Below the pieces are notes generated by a model. The model saw nothing but the letters and a program-made list of their open reading frames with translations, was not told the origin of the DNA and did not search any database. A stretch of DNA of 37,141 nt, taken from the IMG/VR virus record IMGVR_UViG_3300044740_000006, positions 1 to 37,141 of that record, one strand, 5' to 3'. The position numbers and the translations under genes were made by a program. Below are positions 1-9,064 of the stretch, in pieces. How positions within the stretch are numbered: position 1 is the stretch's first letter; each line of letters begins with the position of its first letter. The stretch comes from a virus (lineage: Duplodnaviria; Caudoviricetes).

Positions 1-907
1 ATGCATCCGCTTTATTGGCGATTTGTTGAACGCGCTGTTCGGTTGGATCTTTTCCGGACGCCATCTTGGCGGCGCGGTTAAGAATCTCAGTACGAAGATT
101 CATCCCGGCTTTACCCATCCCCATCGGAGGAAGGGTCCCGTCCAGGTTATAACGCGCCGCAGCATTATTGATGGCGTCATCCGAAAGATCTTGGCCGCCA
201 CCCGCCTGATCCTTGCCAGCCTCTCGACGCTCCCTAGCTCCTTCAATGCCAACGCGCTGCTCTTCTAGACCAAGGCGTGCCTCACCTAGCTTTAGCTGTG
301 CGCTCTGATAGGCTTCCTTCTCGGCACGATCTTCCTTCTTGCCAGCAAGGTTCTGAGCATCCTTATAGGACAGGCTATTCGCTCGTACTCGTACCGGATC
401 GAAGTTCTGCGGAACTTGCGACTTCATGGCGTCCGAGACATAGCCGCCCGCAAAAAGGCTATCCAGGCCCTCGGAGTAGATTTTCTGGGCGATATCTCGC
501 GCCTGCTGGGGGCTTTTGCCGGATGCCAGAGCTTCGTCATAGGCATTCAGAGCCGGATCGCGCACTATCGTTTGGATGTTCTTTTGAGCCTGCAGACCAG
601 CTTCTGCTTGGTCTTTGCTGGTGATCGCCAGTTTTTCATCAATGGCCGCTTTTTGTGCGGTCATGCTCTGTGCTGCCTGAGGTGAAACGCGGGCGATTTT
701 AAGCATGGCCTGAGCATTAGGCATGCCATCAGGCCCAAGATTGGAAGGATCGCTGTAGATCGCGGCTAGCGAGTTCTGGATGGCGCGCTGCTGCTGCATC
801 TGCTGCGCTTGCTGACGCATCTGCATCATTTGCGCGATGGAGTTTAGGGTAATCGGCTGTGGCGGTCCCTGAACCCCGGAAAGCACGATAGACGGGTCGA
901 TGGGCAT
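1..907 (-). CDS. DNA ejection (transfer) protein, P22 gp20-like position, N-terminal part (runs off window start)
   Basis: Not in the ORF track. Translated by hand from ATG at 907 (MPIDPSIVLSGVQGPPQPITLNSIAQMMQMRQQAQQMQQQ...), open for 302 codons to the window edge; Gln/Ala-rich and helical; directly follows the gp7-like gene. Confidence 0.75.
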   Translation of the reverse strand, partial: MPIDPSIVLSGVQGPPQPITLNSIAQMMQMRQQAQQMQQQRAIQNSLAAIYSDPSNLGPDGMPNAQAMLKIARVSPQAAQSMTAQKAAIDEKLAITSKDQAEAGLQAQKNIQTIVRDPALNAYDEALASGKSPQQARDIAQKIYSEGLDSLFAGGYVSDAMKSQVPQNFDPVRVRANSLSYKDAQNLAGKKEDRAEKEAYQSAQLKLGEARLGLEEQRVGIEGARERREAGKDQAGGGQDLSDDAINNAAARYNLDGTLPPMGMGKAGMNLRTEILNRAAKMASGKDPTEQRVQQIANKADA

Positions 908-909
908 CG

Positions 910-1650
910 CTAGGCCCCCATGATGCCGGATGGTGCAAAGCTTTGGGTATAATCGGGCGTATAGGCGCTACTGGGGATGTTTGGCATCCCTCCGCCACCA
1001 CCGCCAAAGCCACCCTGCATCTGATACATCAAACCTAGATTGCCAAGGCTACTCAGTGTGTTGCCCATGGTATTGCCAGCGGCCACTTGGCCAGCGGCCC
1101 GAGCATTGCCCGCGCCAGTGATGTTATTGCCGATGGCATTGGCGGTATTGGCACCGATCCCAGCCACTTGCCCAGCGGCGTTCGCACCCGTGTTTGAGAT
1201 GCCCGAGTACATGTTATAGACCTGATTCTGCCAATTCGTATAGGCATTCAGGGCGTTGTAGTAGTCCTGATTGGCGAGGCCCTGGCCATAGCTCATTAGA
1301 GCCTTCATGGTATTGCCAGAATTGACACCACCGGTGGCGGCTGCCGAATTCTGGATGGCATTGATGCCCTGGCCAAGCTGCCATTGATAGCCCGGAGATT
1401 GCTGATATTGCTGCGCCCCGAATTGCTGGGTCAGCGTCGGCATCATACCCTGAAGGGTGCTTAATGCCGATCCGCCAGCATTGGTCCAGGGCGATAGCCG
1501 CTGGACGTTCTGGTTGTACATGTCAAGCTGGGCTTGAGTGGCCGCATTGGCCGCATTGGCCTGCGTTTGAGCGGCGTCTTGAGCGCCTTGGCCGGACATC
1601 ACCCCGCCAACAATGGAACCAACTGCTGCTGCTGCAAAGCCCCAGGGCAT
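910..1650 (-). CDS. DNA ejection (transfer) protein, P22 gp7-like
   Basis: N-terminal small-residue hydrophobic segment (AAAAVGSIVGG..AQDAAQTQANAA), then LSPWTNAG, SPGYQWQLGQG, SGNTMKALMSYGQGLA; Gly/Ala/Asn/Gln-rich; synteny after gp10. Confidence 0.8.
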   Translation of the reverse strand: MPWGFAAAAVGSIVGGVMSGQGAQDAAQTQANAANAATQAQLDMYNQNVQRLSPWTNAGGSALSTLQGMMPTLTQQFGAQQYQQSPGYQWQLGQGINAIQNSAAATGGVNSGNTMKALMSYGQGLANQDYYNALNAYTNWQNQVYNMYSGISNTGANAAGQVAGIGANTANAIGNNITGAGNARAAGQVAAGNTMGNTLSSLGNLGLMYQMQGGFGGGGGGMPNIPSSAYTPDYTQSFAPSGIMGA

Positions 1651-1658
1651 GTCTCACC

Positions 1659-1877
1659 TCATTCGGCATCGGCCCCAGCCAAGATTCGGCGGAGTTTGAT
1701 CATCTCAAGCGCTTCTTGCGCGCACTCTTCTCGCGTAACAATCGTGTGTTCTTTGGTCCCCGCGCCAGGATGAAACTGCATGGAGCGGACAGATGCGAAG
1801 TACATATCGAAGGTGATCAACTCATCTGATCGAAGGGAGCCACGAATGGAGTCAATCAAATTCGACACGATGAGCAC
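1659..1877 (-). CDS. hypothetical protein
   Basis: 72 aa ORF filling the gap between the hydroxylase and the gp7-like gene. Confidence 0.55.
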   Translation of the reverse strand: MLIVSNLIDSIRGSLRSDELITFDMYFASVRSMQFHPGAGTKEHTIVTREECAQEALEMIKLRRILAGADAE

Positions 1878-2430
1878 CCTTTATGCACACGATGAGCGAC
1901 ATTCTGTCCTCTTTCGACGAATTTGTCACCCAGTGTTCACGGGAGTTATCGAAGGTATAAATCTGACCTGGAAGGGCAGAAAGGCTATAGCCGCGAAAGC
2001 AGAAGGCTTGTTCAGGATTGCCCATCAACTGAATGCAGAATTTGTCGTAATAGCGGGCATGCCAGCCTTGATCGACATGGGGATCAACCTGTCCCCCGGC
2101 CGGTATTCGGGTGATGAGGACGCCTCCTAAACGTTCGCCGCGTACCTCGCCCATCAGATCCATGACCAAATCCACGACTGCCGGGATCATTTCAGCTCCC
2201 GGATACCATACAGAGTCGTGTTCGTCGGCGAAAAACGACCGATCTCCGATGTACTTCGATAAGTCGTTATAGCGGACCCAAATATCGTCAATGGTCCGAT
2301 GGGGCGTTCCGTAACCGTGGGTTCGATGGGTGTGCTGATTCCATAGCTCAGGATGAGCGGCTAATTGTTCCAAAGCACGTTCCACGTGGAACGTGGCTTT
2401 CAGCATACGGATAGGAGGCAGTTCAGCCAT
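1852..2430 (-). CDS. Aspartyl/asparaginyl beta-hydroxylase-like 2OG-Fe(II) oxygenase
   Basis: HxD motif (GGQVDPHVD), distal His and Arg in YTFDNSREHWVTNSSKEDRMSLIV, typical of the double-stranded beta-helix Asp/Asn hydroxylase domain. Confidence 0.8.
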   Translation of the reverse strand: MAELPPIRMLKATFHVERALEQLAAHPELWNQHTHRTHGYGTPHRTIDDIWVRYNDLSKYIGDRSFFADEHDSVWYPGAEMIPAVVDLVMDLMGEVRGERLGGVLITRIPAGGQVDPHVDQGWHARYYDKFCIQLMGNPEQAFCFRGYSLSALPGQIYTFDNSREHWVTNSSKEDRMSLIVCIKGAHRVEFD

Positions 2431-4378
2431 CTCCGATCGAAGCCCCCACTAGGCAAGTCTGGATCATCATCTCGCTCGAAATCTCGAAAATACGGTCCAG
2501 GCCACGATTCCGGCGAGTGGATCCGATACGTCTCCACATGACCCGATAGGCCGTTTCGCCGGTAGCTCCGGAAGATGACTGCATTTCATTCGACCAGTTA
2601 TGACCGCCATCGTCCGACCATTTCAGGATGACGGGACTGGAAGTCGGCGAGGCCGCTACAACCAATATTTGGGTCGCTAGGGAGGAAAATCCTAGCCAAG
2701 TACCCGGATTTAGGGTAACGCCACCGGTGTTGTATCCAGTGATGCCATAGCGATGTACCGGTACCGGTGAGTAAGGCGCGTTGTAGTAAACACCGCCCCC
2801 CTGGACCGTATCCGAAGACATATAGGCGCCAAACGAAACAGCCGGACCTTGAGTTATGAACTGCTTGAGCTGGGCGCCATTGAAGGCATATTGAGGCTCT
2901 ACCTCGACAAAGGCACCAAATGCATTCGTAGTCGCTGAACCCGTGTAATTCAGGCTGATGAAGCCCGTATTGTCTACGGTAATCTGAAGCGGGAATGTGT
3001 TGGCACCATAGGTGCCGGTGAAACTTTGAGAGCTGTTATATCCCATCGCATACCGATAGACATTAGAACCTAGCGTGATAACCACATTGCATGCACCAAG
3101 GGCGAAAGGATCGGCCTGATTGGTGATTTTGGTGGCCGTTCCTACCGCCAGGCCGGTTTGCATATCTACCTTGAGTGATTGCAGTCGTACAGGTTCCTGC
3201 ATGGGCTTCTTCAATGCCCTCCACCTCCGCATCCACCGCTTAGGATTCGACGGCGGTGTCGTCGCCAGATCATTTGTGGGATACGTAAGATCAAGCACAG
3301 AAAGCCGCTGATTCGTCGAAGAACCGACCACATGCTGTTTGTTGAAGAAGGCATAGCAGGACGGGTCCCATCGGTTGTAAGACCCATTGATGAATTCACC
3401 TCGCTCATGCCATAGACCGATGGTCATGTCATAGACCCATGTGGCATTGCCAGATGGGAAAGTCAGTACATAAAACACATGACCGGCTTGCGTGTAGCAG
3501 AAACCAATCGCATCAGCGATACCAATGGAACTCATAGCCAGGTAACTTTGAATCTGATACTCGATGGCATGCGTTGAAATGCGTTGTTCCGAGTAGCCAT
3601 TATTGACGTAAACCTGAAGGGAACCTTCATCCGACTGGCCTAGCCAAAAGATGTGGTCTTCGCTGGTAGCTACCGAGAAGGGCGCGACGCACCCTACATT
3701 CACATACGCACCGTCCATGCGTTGAAAGGCGAACCCATTAAGACCCGCGTTATTCCAAATCTCAATGGCATTTTCTTTCAGTACCCAAAGCTGACGAAAA
3801 AGCGTAAAGATCGCCTGAATATTGGTTGCATTCGAATCAGCGCTGGAAAAGTTGAGTGGGTCCCAGGTCGTCAAGTCGTTGAGGTTGGACTGATAGAACT
3901 GGTTCGTTCCGGCAATCCCTACGATGCCGAATCCATCCTGTTCGCAGGCGATCAATGGGAAATTAGGAATGGTCGTGATCTGTGCCCAAGCGCTCCCGCT
4001 CCATGACCATCCCTGGAAGCCATCGAAAACGGCGTACTGTCTTCCGTTGTCGATGATCGAGACAGGTCCCGATGCGGTATTCAAGTGACCAAGTGGGGTC
4101 ACTACGCCGTTGATATCTATTTGGACGACTTGGTTTCCGAATACGGCTACAAGCTTCTTGTTGGAGGTCTTATGGATACCTCGCATCGGTCCAGATACCG
4201 CGCCTGAACCGCTATTGGTGAGGACTTGTAGAAGCTTCTGGCCGGGTATGGAGTAGAAACCGCCCACCTGCTTACCCTGTTTCGTCTCGACAACTTCAGG
4301 GTACAGGTTCATGCATCGATCATTGGCGAGATTCGATGAGAAGGATTGGTAGGTACCACCTAGGAAAGGCGTTTCCAC
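2423..4378 (-). CDS. Tail hub / packaged-DNA stabilisation protein, P22 gp10-like
   Basis: CMNLYPE, RISTHAIE, YTQAGHVFYVLTFPSGNATWVYD..WHER and LKWSDDGGHNWSNE motifs; follows gp4-like gene. Confidence 0.85.
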   Translation of the reverse strand: METPFLGGTYQSFSSNLANDRCMNLYPEVVETKQGKQVGGFYSIPGQKLLQVLTNSGSGAVSGPMRGIHKTSNKKLVAVFGNQVVQIDINGVVTPLGHLNTASGPVSIIDNGRQYAVFDGFQGWSWSGSAWAQITTIPNFPLIACEQDGFGIVGIAGTNQFYQSNLNDLTTWDPLNFSSADSNATNIQAIFTLFRQLWVLKENAIEIWNNAGLNGFAFQRMDGAYVNVGCVAPFSVATSEDHIFWLGQSDEGSLQVYVNNGYSEQRISTHAIEYQIQSYLAMSSIGIADAIGFCYTQAGHVFYVLTFPSGNATWVYDMTIGLWHERGEFINGSYNRWDPSCYAFFNKQHVVGSSTNQRLSVLDLTYPTNDLATTPPSNPKRWMRRWRALKKPMQEPVRLQSLKVDMQTGLAVGTATKITNQADPFALGACNVVITLGSNVYRYAMGYNSSQSFTGTYGANTFPLQITVDNTGFISLNYTGSATTNAFGAFVEVEPQYAFNGAQLKQFITQGPAVSFGAYMSSDTVQGGGVYYNAPYSPVPVHRYGITGYNTGGVTLNPGTWLGFSSLATQILVVAASPTSSPVILKWSDDGGHNWSNEMQSSSGATGETAYRVMWRRIGSTRRNRGLDRIFEISSEMMIQTCLVGASIGDG

Positions 4379-4379
4379 G

Positions 4380-5111
4380 TTAACGACCTGCTGTCGAATC
4401 GCGGTAAATGTTGTAGGTAGGAGTCGCCCGGCTGACGATCTCAGGATCGTAATTGACGATGTTCTCGCGAATGTTGGTGCGCTTGATGTTACCTAGTGTC
4501 TTAGAGGCCAGTTCGCGTACATCCGGATCGAGCTGCGCATCGCGGAAGAACGGCTTCATCCATACCGCAAGGTTGCTGAAGATCGCAGCCTCATAGCCAG
4601 GCGGAAGATTGAGCGTCGCCGTCAAATTAGCGAAGTCGGTGAGCTGTAGGTAGGCATCGAAGTACAGCGTATTGCCCTGATTGGGGGTCGGAAAGACGTT
4701 GATGATGCCTAGAGGGAACTGGGGATCGTAGAAGATCGTATCCGGGATATTCGACGTATTGGTCAGCAATCCAATCATGTTCCAGCGATCACGTGGGATC
4801 ACTTCCACCGGATAGCGGTTCTGGTTCTGATCCATGATGTACGCCGCCACGGGTCCTTCGATGATCTTCAGCGGACGTGTTCCATTCCATGTGCCGCTCG
4901 GACCAATAGTGTATTGGTTCACACCTACCTGTAGCGTGTAATTCTGCTCCTGAATGGCATAGCAGATGAGTGATTCATTTGACCACGAATCCATCATCGC
5001 ATTCAAAAGCTGCAGGCCACGCTCAGCGTCCGCATCCGTTATGGTTTCGCCTGGTGCATACACACCAAGCTGTTCGAGCGCTGTCTGGATAAGACTCTGA
5101 GCGGTGGCCAT
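4380..5111 (-). CDS. Head-to-tail adaptor, P22 gp4-like
   Basis: TAQSLIQTALEQLGV...DAERGLQLLNAMMDSW and LPPGYEAAIFSNLAV motifs; synteny. Confidence 0.8.
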   Translation of the reverse strand: MATAQSLIQTALEQLGVYAPGETITDADAERGLQLLNAMMDSWSNESLICYAIQEQNYTLQVGVNQYTIGPSGTWNGTRPLKIIEGPVAAYIMDQNQNRYPVEVIPRDRWNMIGLLTNTSNIPDTIFYDPQFPLGIINVFPTPNQGNTLYFDAYLQLTDFANLTATLNLPPGYEAAIFSNLAVWMKPFFRDAQLDPDVRELASKTLGNIKRTNIRENIVNYDPEIVSRATPTYNIYRDSTAGR

Positions 5112-5114
5112 GGC

Positions 5115-5405
5115 CTATTTCTCCATGATGAAGAGAACATCCATTTCGCACATCGCGAGAAGCGTCTCGCCGTTATGCTGAAACGGTTGCTGTGCGTACT
5201 TGCCGAACATGATCTGATCGCCTTCCTTAACTTGCATCGGTTGGCGAGATCCATCGTCATTTTTGCGTCCAGGACCGATGGAAACGACCGTACCGGCCAT
5301 CGGCTTCTCTTCCTCGAGCTGGACCAGTACCAGTCCCCAGGACGTCAATGCTTCGGCCGGGAAGGGCTTGACGATGATGCGGTTATCGAGCGGTTGGATG
5401 CCCAT
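5115..5405 (-). CDS. groES: Co-chaperonin GroES (Cpn10), copy 1
   Basis: IQPLDNRIIVK...GLVL...EKP..GTVVSIGPGRKNDDGSRQPMQVKEGDQIMFGKY...E.DVL. Confidence 0.92.
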   Translation of the reverse strand: MGIQPLDNRIIVKPFPAEALTSWGLVLVQLEEEKPMAGTVVSIGPGRKNDDGSRQPMQVKEGDQIMFGKYAQQPFQHNGETLLAMCEMDVLFIMEK

Positions 5406-5857
5406 CAGTCAGTCACCTTCATGTGATCGGTTTTCGGCTTACGCTTATATCCTTTGGGAGGTCCTGGTTTTTTGCGCGGTGGCTTATCAGATTCCGCCTG
5501 GATCAAAGGCATGCAAGGTACTTTGCCATGACCCATGGCCTTAGATTCTTCCTCGACCGAGTTCACTAAAAGTTCTTCTCCGTCCGGTGTGCGAATGAAC
5601 TTCGGATACTCCTGAAACTCCGCATTCGGACCGGTAAATCCGAGAAGGGAAGGCGTGCCGTCCGCTGGGTAATACCCCCTTGATTCGTACCATTCCTGCT
5701 GATCCGGATCGACTACCGTCACATCAGGGAATCGATCGGATGTACCCGGAAATTCCACTTCTCCCGGTTGAGGCTTGTAATTTCGTGGCCAAACCTCTTG
5801 CGCCAAACCTTTGACGAAGGCCGGATGCTTCATCACTTTCGGGTAACCGGCTTGCAT
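5405..5857 (-). CDS. hypothetical protein with YPK motifs and basic C-terminus
   Basis: GGAGG RBS; coupled to groES; GYPKVMKHP and QEYPKFI motifs; KPPRKKPGPPKGYKRKPK tail. Confidence 0.7.
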   Translation of the reverse strand: MQAGYPKVMKHPAFVKGLAQEVWPRNYKPQPGEVEFPGTSDRFPDVTVVDPDQQEWYESRGYYPADGTPSLLGFTGPNAEFQEYPKFIRTPDGEELLVNSVEEESKAMGHGKVPCMPLIQAESDKPPRKKPGPPKGYKRKPKTDHMKVTD

Positions 5858-5860
5858 GGT

Positions 5861-6052
5861 CTAACCCTCCTTCATGCGAAGATTGCGCTGCATGCGACGC
5901 TCACGCTTCTCACGGGCAGCTTTCATCTTGTGATACTGCGTAGTCGGTGATTGCATCGATCGTTCTCGACCGTAATGAACAGGCGGCTTGTACCCAAATA
6001 GGTTTATCGCCAAGTCCATCGCGATGTTAGAGATGACATTGAGGCGGCTCAT
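5861..6052 (-). CDS. small basic hypothetical protein
   Basis: ATGA overlap with upstream ORF; Arg/Lys-rich C-terminus. Confidence 0.55.
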   Translation of the reverse strand: MSRLNVISNIAMDLAINLFGYKPPVHYGRERSMQSPTTQYHKMKAAREKRERRMQRNLRMKEG

Positions 6053-6273
6053 TCTTTGATAACCGAAATAGCAGATTCTTCCTCGGCGTTATGCACGACC
6101 TTATCGCCGACCATCTTCGGATATTCCTGGGGTACATAGGCATCGCCCGAAAGTTCCTTTTCGTAGCCTTCCAGCTTGTCCTTGATCTCGCCCCATTCCT
6201 TTTTGGCCTCGACAGCCAGGTCATGAAATTCCGTTTCCACAGTCGCTTCAATGAGTTTCCAGAGATTTTCCAC
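6049..6273 (-). CDS. small acidic hypothetical protein (QEYPK motif)
   Basis: GAGGT RBS before GTG start; shares QEYPK..N..EEES with 5405..5857. Confidence 0.65.
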   Translation of the reverse strand: MENLWKLIEATVETEFHDLAVEAKKEWGEIKDKLEGYEKELSGDAYVPQEYPKMVGDKVVHNAEEESAISVIKE

Positions 6274-6285
6274 GGTAGTTACCTC

Positions 6286-6480
6286 TCAGGCGTATACGGG
6301 ATAGATAATGGGATCGGACCAGTCGCGTTCCTTACCTTCGCGGATCTTTATGGCGATCGCATCGCGCAACCGCTGGGCTTGTTCCTCGATCATGGCTGGG
6401 CCAACGTCAATCGAGGTTTCATTACCCGTCTTTGGATTCCTTGCCAAGACACGAACATGGTAGAGCTGCTGTTTCTGCAT
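6286..6480 (-). CDS. hypothetical protein
   Basis: GAGGA RBS; 64 aa; immediately after terminator. Confidence 0.6.
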   Translation of the reverse strand: MQKQQLYHVRVLARNPKTGNETSIDVGPAMIEEQAQRLRDAIAIKIREGKERDWSDPIIYPVYA

Positions 6481-6495
6481 GGCTGATCCTCAAAG

Positions 6496-6533
6496 AAAAA
6501 GGGCCATATCCCCACTGCGAGATATGGCCCTTT
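6496..6533 (-). terminator. Rho-independent terminator after coat and small virion gene
   Basis: GGGCCATATC-N10-GATATGGCCC stem followed by TTTTTCTTT on the minus strand. Confidence 0.85.
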
Positions 6534-6548
6534 AAGTCTACGTCATTT

Positions 6549-6836
6549 TCACGGCTTGATGAGGTTCAAGCCCTTGAGGATGGCAACAAGGTCTCCAACG
6601 GTGTACTGGGTAGTACCTACACCACCAGTCGTGGCGCTCTGCGAGTTTAGAGCCTGACCAGAGCCAACCGTCTGGACGGTTGAATAACCAGTAGGCGTGG
6701 CCTGCGGAACGCCCTGCGACAGACCATAGAACCCGATGTTGTCCGTCGCGCTGGCACCAAGGACGGTACCAAGCGAGTTCTGGTCGGAGAGCTGGCGGGT
6801 AGCCGCTGCGATGGTAGAAGTGGTTGCGATGCCCAT
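6549..6836 (-). CDS. small putative capsid-associated protein
   Basis: Directly after coat and before the terminator; GGAGA RBS; LGASATDNIGFYG...LKGLNLI pattern; Thr/Gly-rich. Confidence 0.6.
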   Translation of the reverse strand: MGIATTSTIAAATRQLSDQNSLGTVLGASATDNIGFYGLSQGVPQATPTGYSTVQTVGSGQALNSQSATTGGVGTTQYTVGDLVAILKGLNLIKP

Positions 6837-6851
6837 GTGTGCGATCTCCGA

Positions 6852-8036
6852 TTAGTTGGTCAGACGGACGCCGAGTTCCGGATAGTAGGTGGTTGTACCG
6901 TATAGGATATCCATCCTCGTGGGAAAAACGTCATTATTGATGTCATAGGCACGGATGATCCGCATCGAGATATTCCGGAACGTCTCGCGCGCCTTGAAGT
7001 CCACGCCTTCCGGCAATTCCAGCGGCACGCAGACCAGACCAAAACAGTCTTTCGTAAAGCCGATGTTCTGGGCGTACTGGGTGGATGCCGTACCTTTGAC
7101 GGTGATGGCCGCGTTGTTGGCCGGCGAGTTGGTGACGGTCTGATACGCACCACTGGTGGTGATGGCCGGATAGATCGAGATCGTCGATGCGCCGCCAGCG
7201 CTGGAATTGGCCGTCGCGGTAACCACGAAGTTCTGAAGCTGCTGCGTGGAAACTTTGTTGCGCGGGTTGACTGCGAAAACGCCAGCGATGGTGAAGACGT
7301 CGCCCACGTTCAATAGACCGTTGACCGAAGCCGTCCAGCCACCAGTTACCAGCGAGCTACCCGTCTGGCCAGCGCCGTTCACGACTGGCGTCCCGCCATA
7401 GGCACCCACCGTCTGCGTGTAGGTGTTCTGGTCCATGTAGATTTCGAAATTGGCGATATTGGCCAGGAAGCCCTTCAAGGCCGGCTCTGCCACGGACTGT
7501 ACATACAGGTTCACAAGGCCATTGGCCATCGACCAGTACGCCGCCGGATTGAGGATCAGCGTGCGATTGGCCTGCGGTACCGCGCCTTCGTCCATGCGCT
7601 GACCGACTGCAGCAATGCTGGCGAAGCTGTTGGGCAGCGTACTCGGCGTACCCACTTCATTGAAGACCTGAGGGGTGTTGGCCAGGACGGTCTGATCAAG
7701 CGAGTTGGCAAGCTGTTCGCCCGCTGGCAGCAGATAACGTTCGCGGAACTCTTCGATGGTCAGCGTCAACTCCTGCGAGTTGAACTGGAAGTCCACGTGC
7801 TGCTGATAGGAGATCGTAATGCTGGTCGAAGGCTCGGAAATCTGCTGGACCGACAGGCCGGGACCATTGGTTACGACAAACTGGTTGGGTTTACGGACAG
7901 TCAGCGAGGAACCGATCTTGACGAACTGGTTCTCGAACTGACGATTGACCTTGTTGGCGGCGACCAGGTTATTGACCAGGATCGGCAACGTTTCCTTGGT
8001 AATCAAACTCGGGGTAAGAAGGGCATTCGATGACAT
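6852..8036 (-). CDS. Major capsid (coat) protein, P22 gp5-like
   Basis: MSSNALLTPSLITKETL..LVNNLV, KIGSSLTVRKP, GDVFTIAGVFAVNP, RMDILYG; GGAGA RBS supports a start at 8036 rather than 8060. Confidence 0.93.
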   Translation of the reverse strand: MSSNALLTPSLITKETLPILVNNLVAANKVNRQFENQFVKIGSSLTVRKPNQFVVTNGPGLSVQQISEPSTSITISYQQHVDFQFNSQELTLTIEEFRERYLLPAGEQLANSLDQTVLANTPQVFNEVGTPSTLPNSFASIAAVGQRMDEGAVPQANRTLILNPAAYWSMANGLVNLYVQSVAEPALKGFLANIANFEIYMDQNTYTQTVGAYGGTPVVNGAGQTGSSLVTGGWTASVNGLLNVGDVFTIAGVFAVNPRNKVSTQQLQNFVVTATANSSAGGASTISIYPAITTSGAYQTVTNSPANNAAITVKGTASTQYAQNIGFTKDCFGLVCVPLELPEGVDFKARETFRNISMRIIRAYDINNDVFPTRMDILYGTTTYYPELGVRLTN

Positions 8037-8076
8037 GGCTTGGTTCTCCGACCATGGCATCGATTAGCCATGGCGA

Positions 8077-9021
8077 TCAGGTTCGTTTCTTGCGCATCTC
8101 TTCGAGCCTGCGCTCCATGTAATTCGGATCGTCTTCAGGGCTGACGCCAGCGGCTTCGCTGCGCGCACCAGCAATAGGATTCACCGGCGCAGGAGCCTTG
8201 GACGTAGCAGCGGGCTTGTTAAGTCGCTCCGACAGCTTGCCAATCTCGATGGCTGCATGCGGGGCACCAAGCGCAGAGATACGCGCGGCTTCTGTGGGGT
8301 TCTGGCCTAGCCAGTACAGGACGTCGTGACCATTGGGGACGTGGAGCAGGGCCATGCCGACATGCTGGGCGACTTGAATATCCGGGTTTTCCGCCACGGA
8401 TTCATAGTCGGGATACTTCTCAACGGCCTTGGTGCGGCTCTCGTGCCAATTCGTCAGCACCTTTTGGAACTCGCCTGCAGCTTGGGTTTCCTGTGCCTTA
8501 CGCGCTACCTCAGCCTCATGCTTCCGGAGTGCATCGCGGGTAGACCACTGAGTTACTGCCTCAATGTACTGATCCGGATCATCGAACTGATCTCGGGTAG
8601 GCTTAGGATCGTCCGTATTTTCGGTACGCGATTCGGTACGTTCGGGGGCTTTCCGCTCCTGAAGGATCTTCAGGGTTTCATCCAGCCGGCGAGCATATTC
8701 TTCCTTCTCGCGCCGAAATTCCTCACGCTGCTTGGTGAGTTCGTCGATTCGTTTCTGAAAGCCGCCTTTGTGTTGCGGTTTCGCGGCGGAACCATCGCCG
8801 GCATCGTCCGAGGTAGCCGTTGCCTCGGTATTTTCCCCACTGGGAGCGGGAGCGGCTGAGGCGGAATCTACACCCGTCTTGCCATCGTTTTCAACTGCGC
8901 CAGTGGCTTCGGTGTTAGGGGTTGGCGTGGGAGCGGGTGCTTGGGGCGCATCAGACGTCGCCGAAAGCGCTGGCTGGAATCGGCTGTTGGTACCCATATC
9001 GAGGGCAGCTTGGTCGGGCAT
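8077..9021 (-). CDS. Scaffolding protein
   Basis: Between portal and coat; disordered N-terminus, FQKRIDELT coiled coil, P...FDD...Y, SKAPAPVNPI. Confidence 0.85.
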   Translation of the reverse strand: MPDQAALDMGTNSRFQPALSATSDAPQAPAPTPTPNTEATGAVENDGKTGVDSASAAPAPSGENTEATATSDDAGDGSAAKPQHKGGFQKRIDELTKQREEFRREKEEYARRLDETLKILQERKAPERTESRTENTDDPKPTRDQFDDPDQYIEAVTQWSTRDALRKHEAEVARKAQETQAAGEFQKVLTNWHESRTKAVEKYPDYESVAENPDIQVAQHVGMALLHVPNGHDVLYWLGQNPTEAARISALGAPHAAIEIGKLSERLNKPAATSKAPAPVNPIAGARSEAAGVSPEDDPNYMERRLEEMRKKRT

Positions 9022-9064
9022 AGATCACCTATGGATTAGGACCCCGTGTACCGCACGGGTACGG

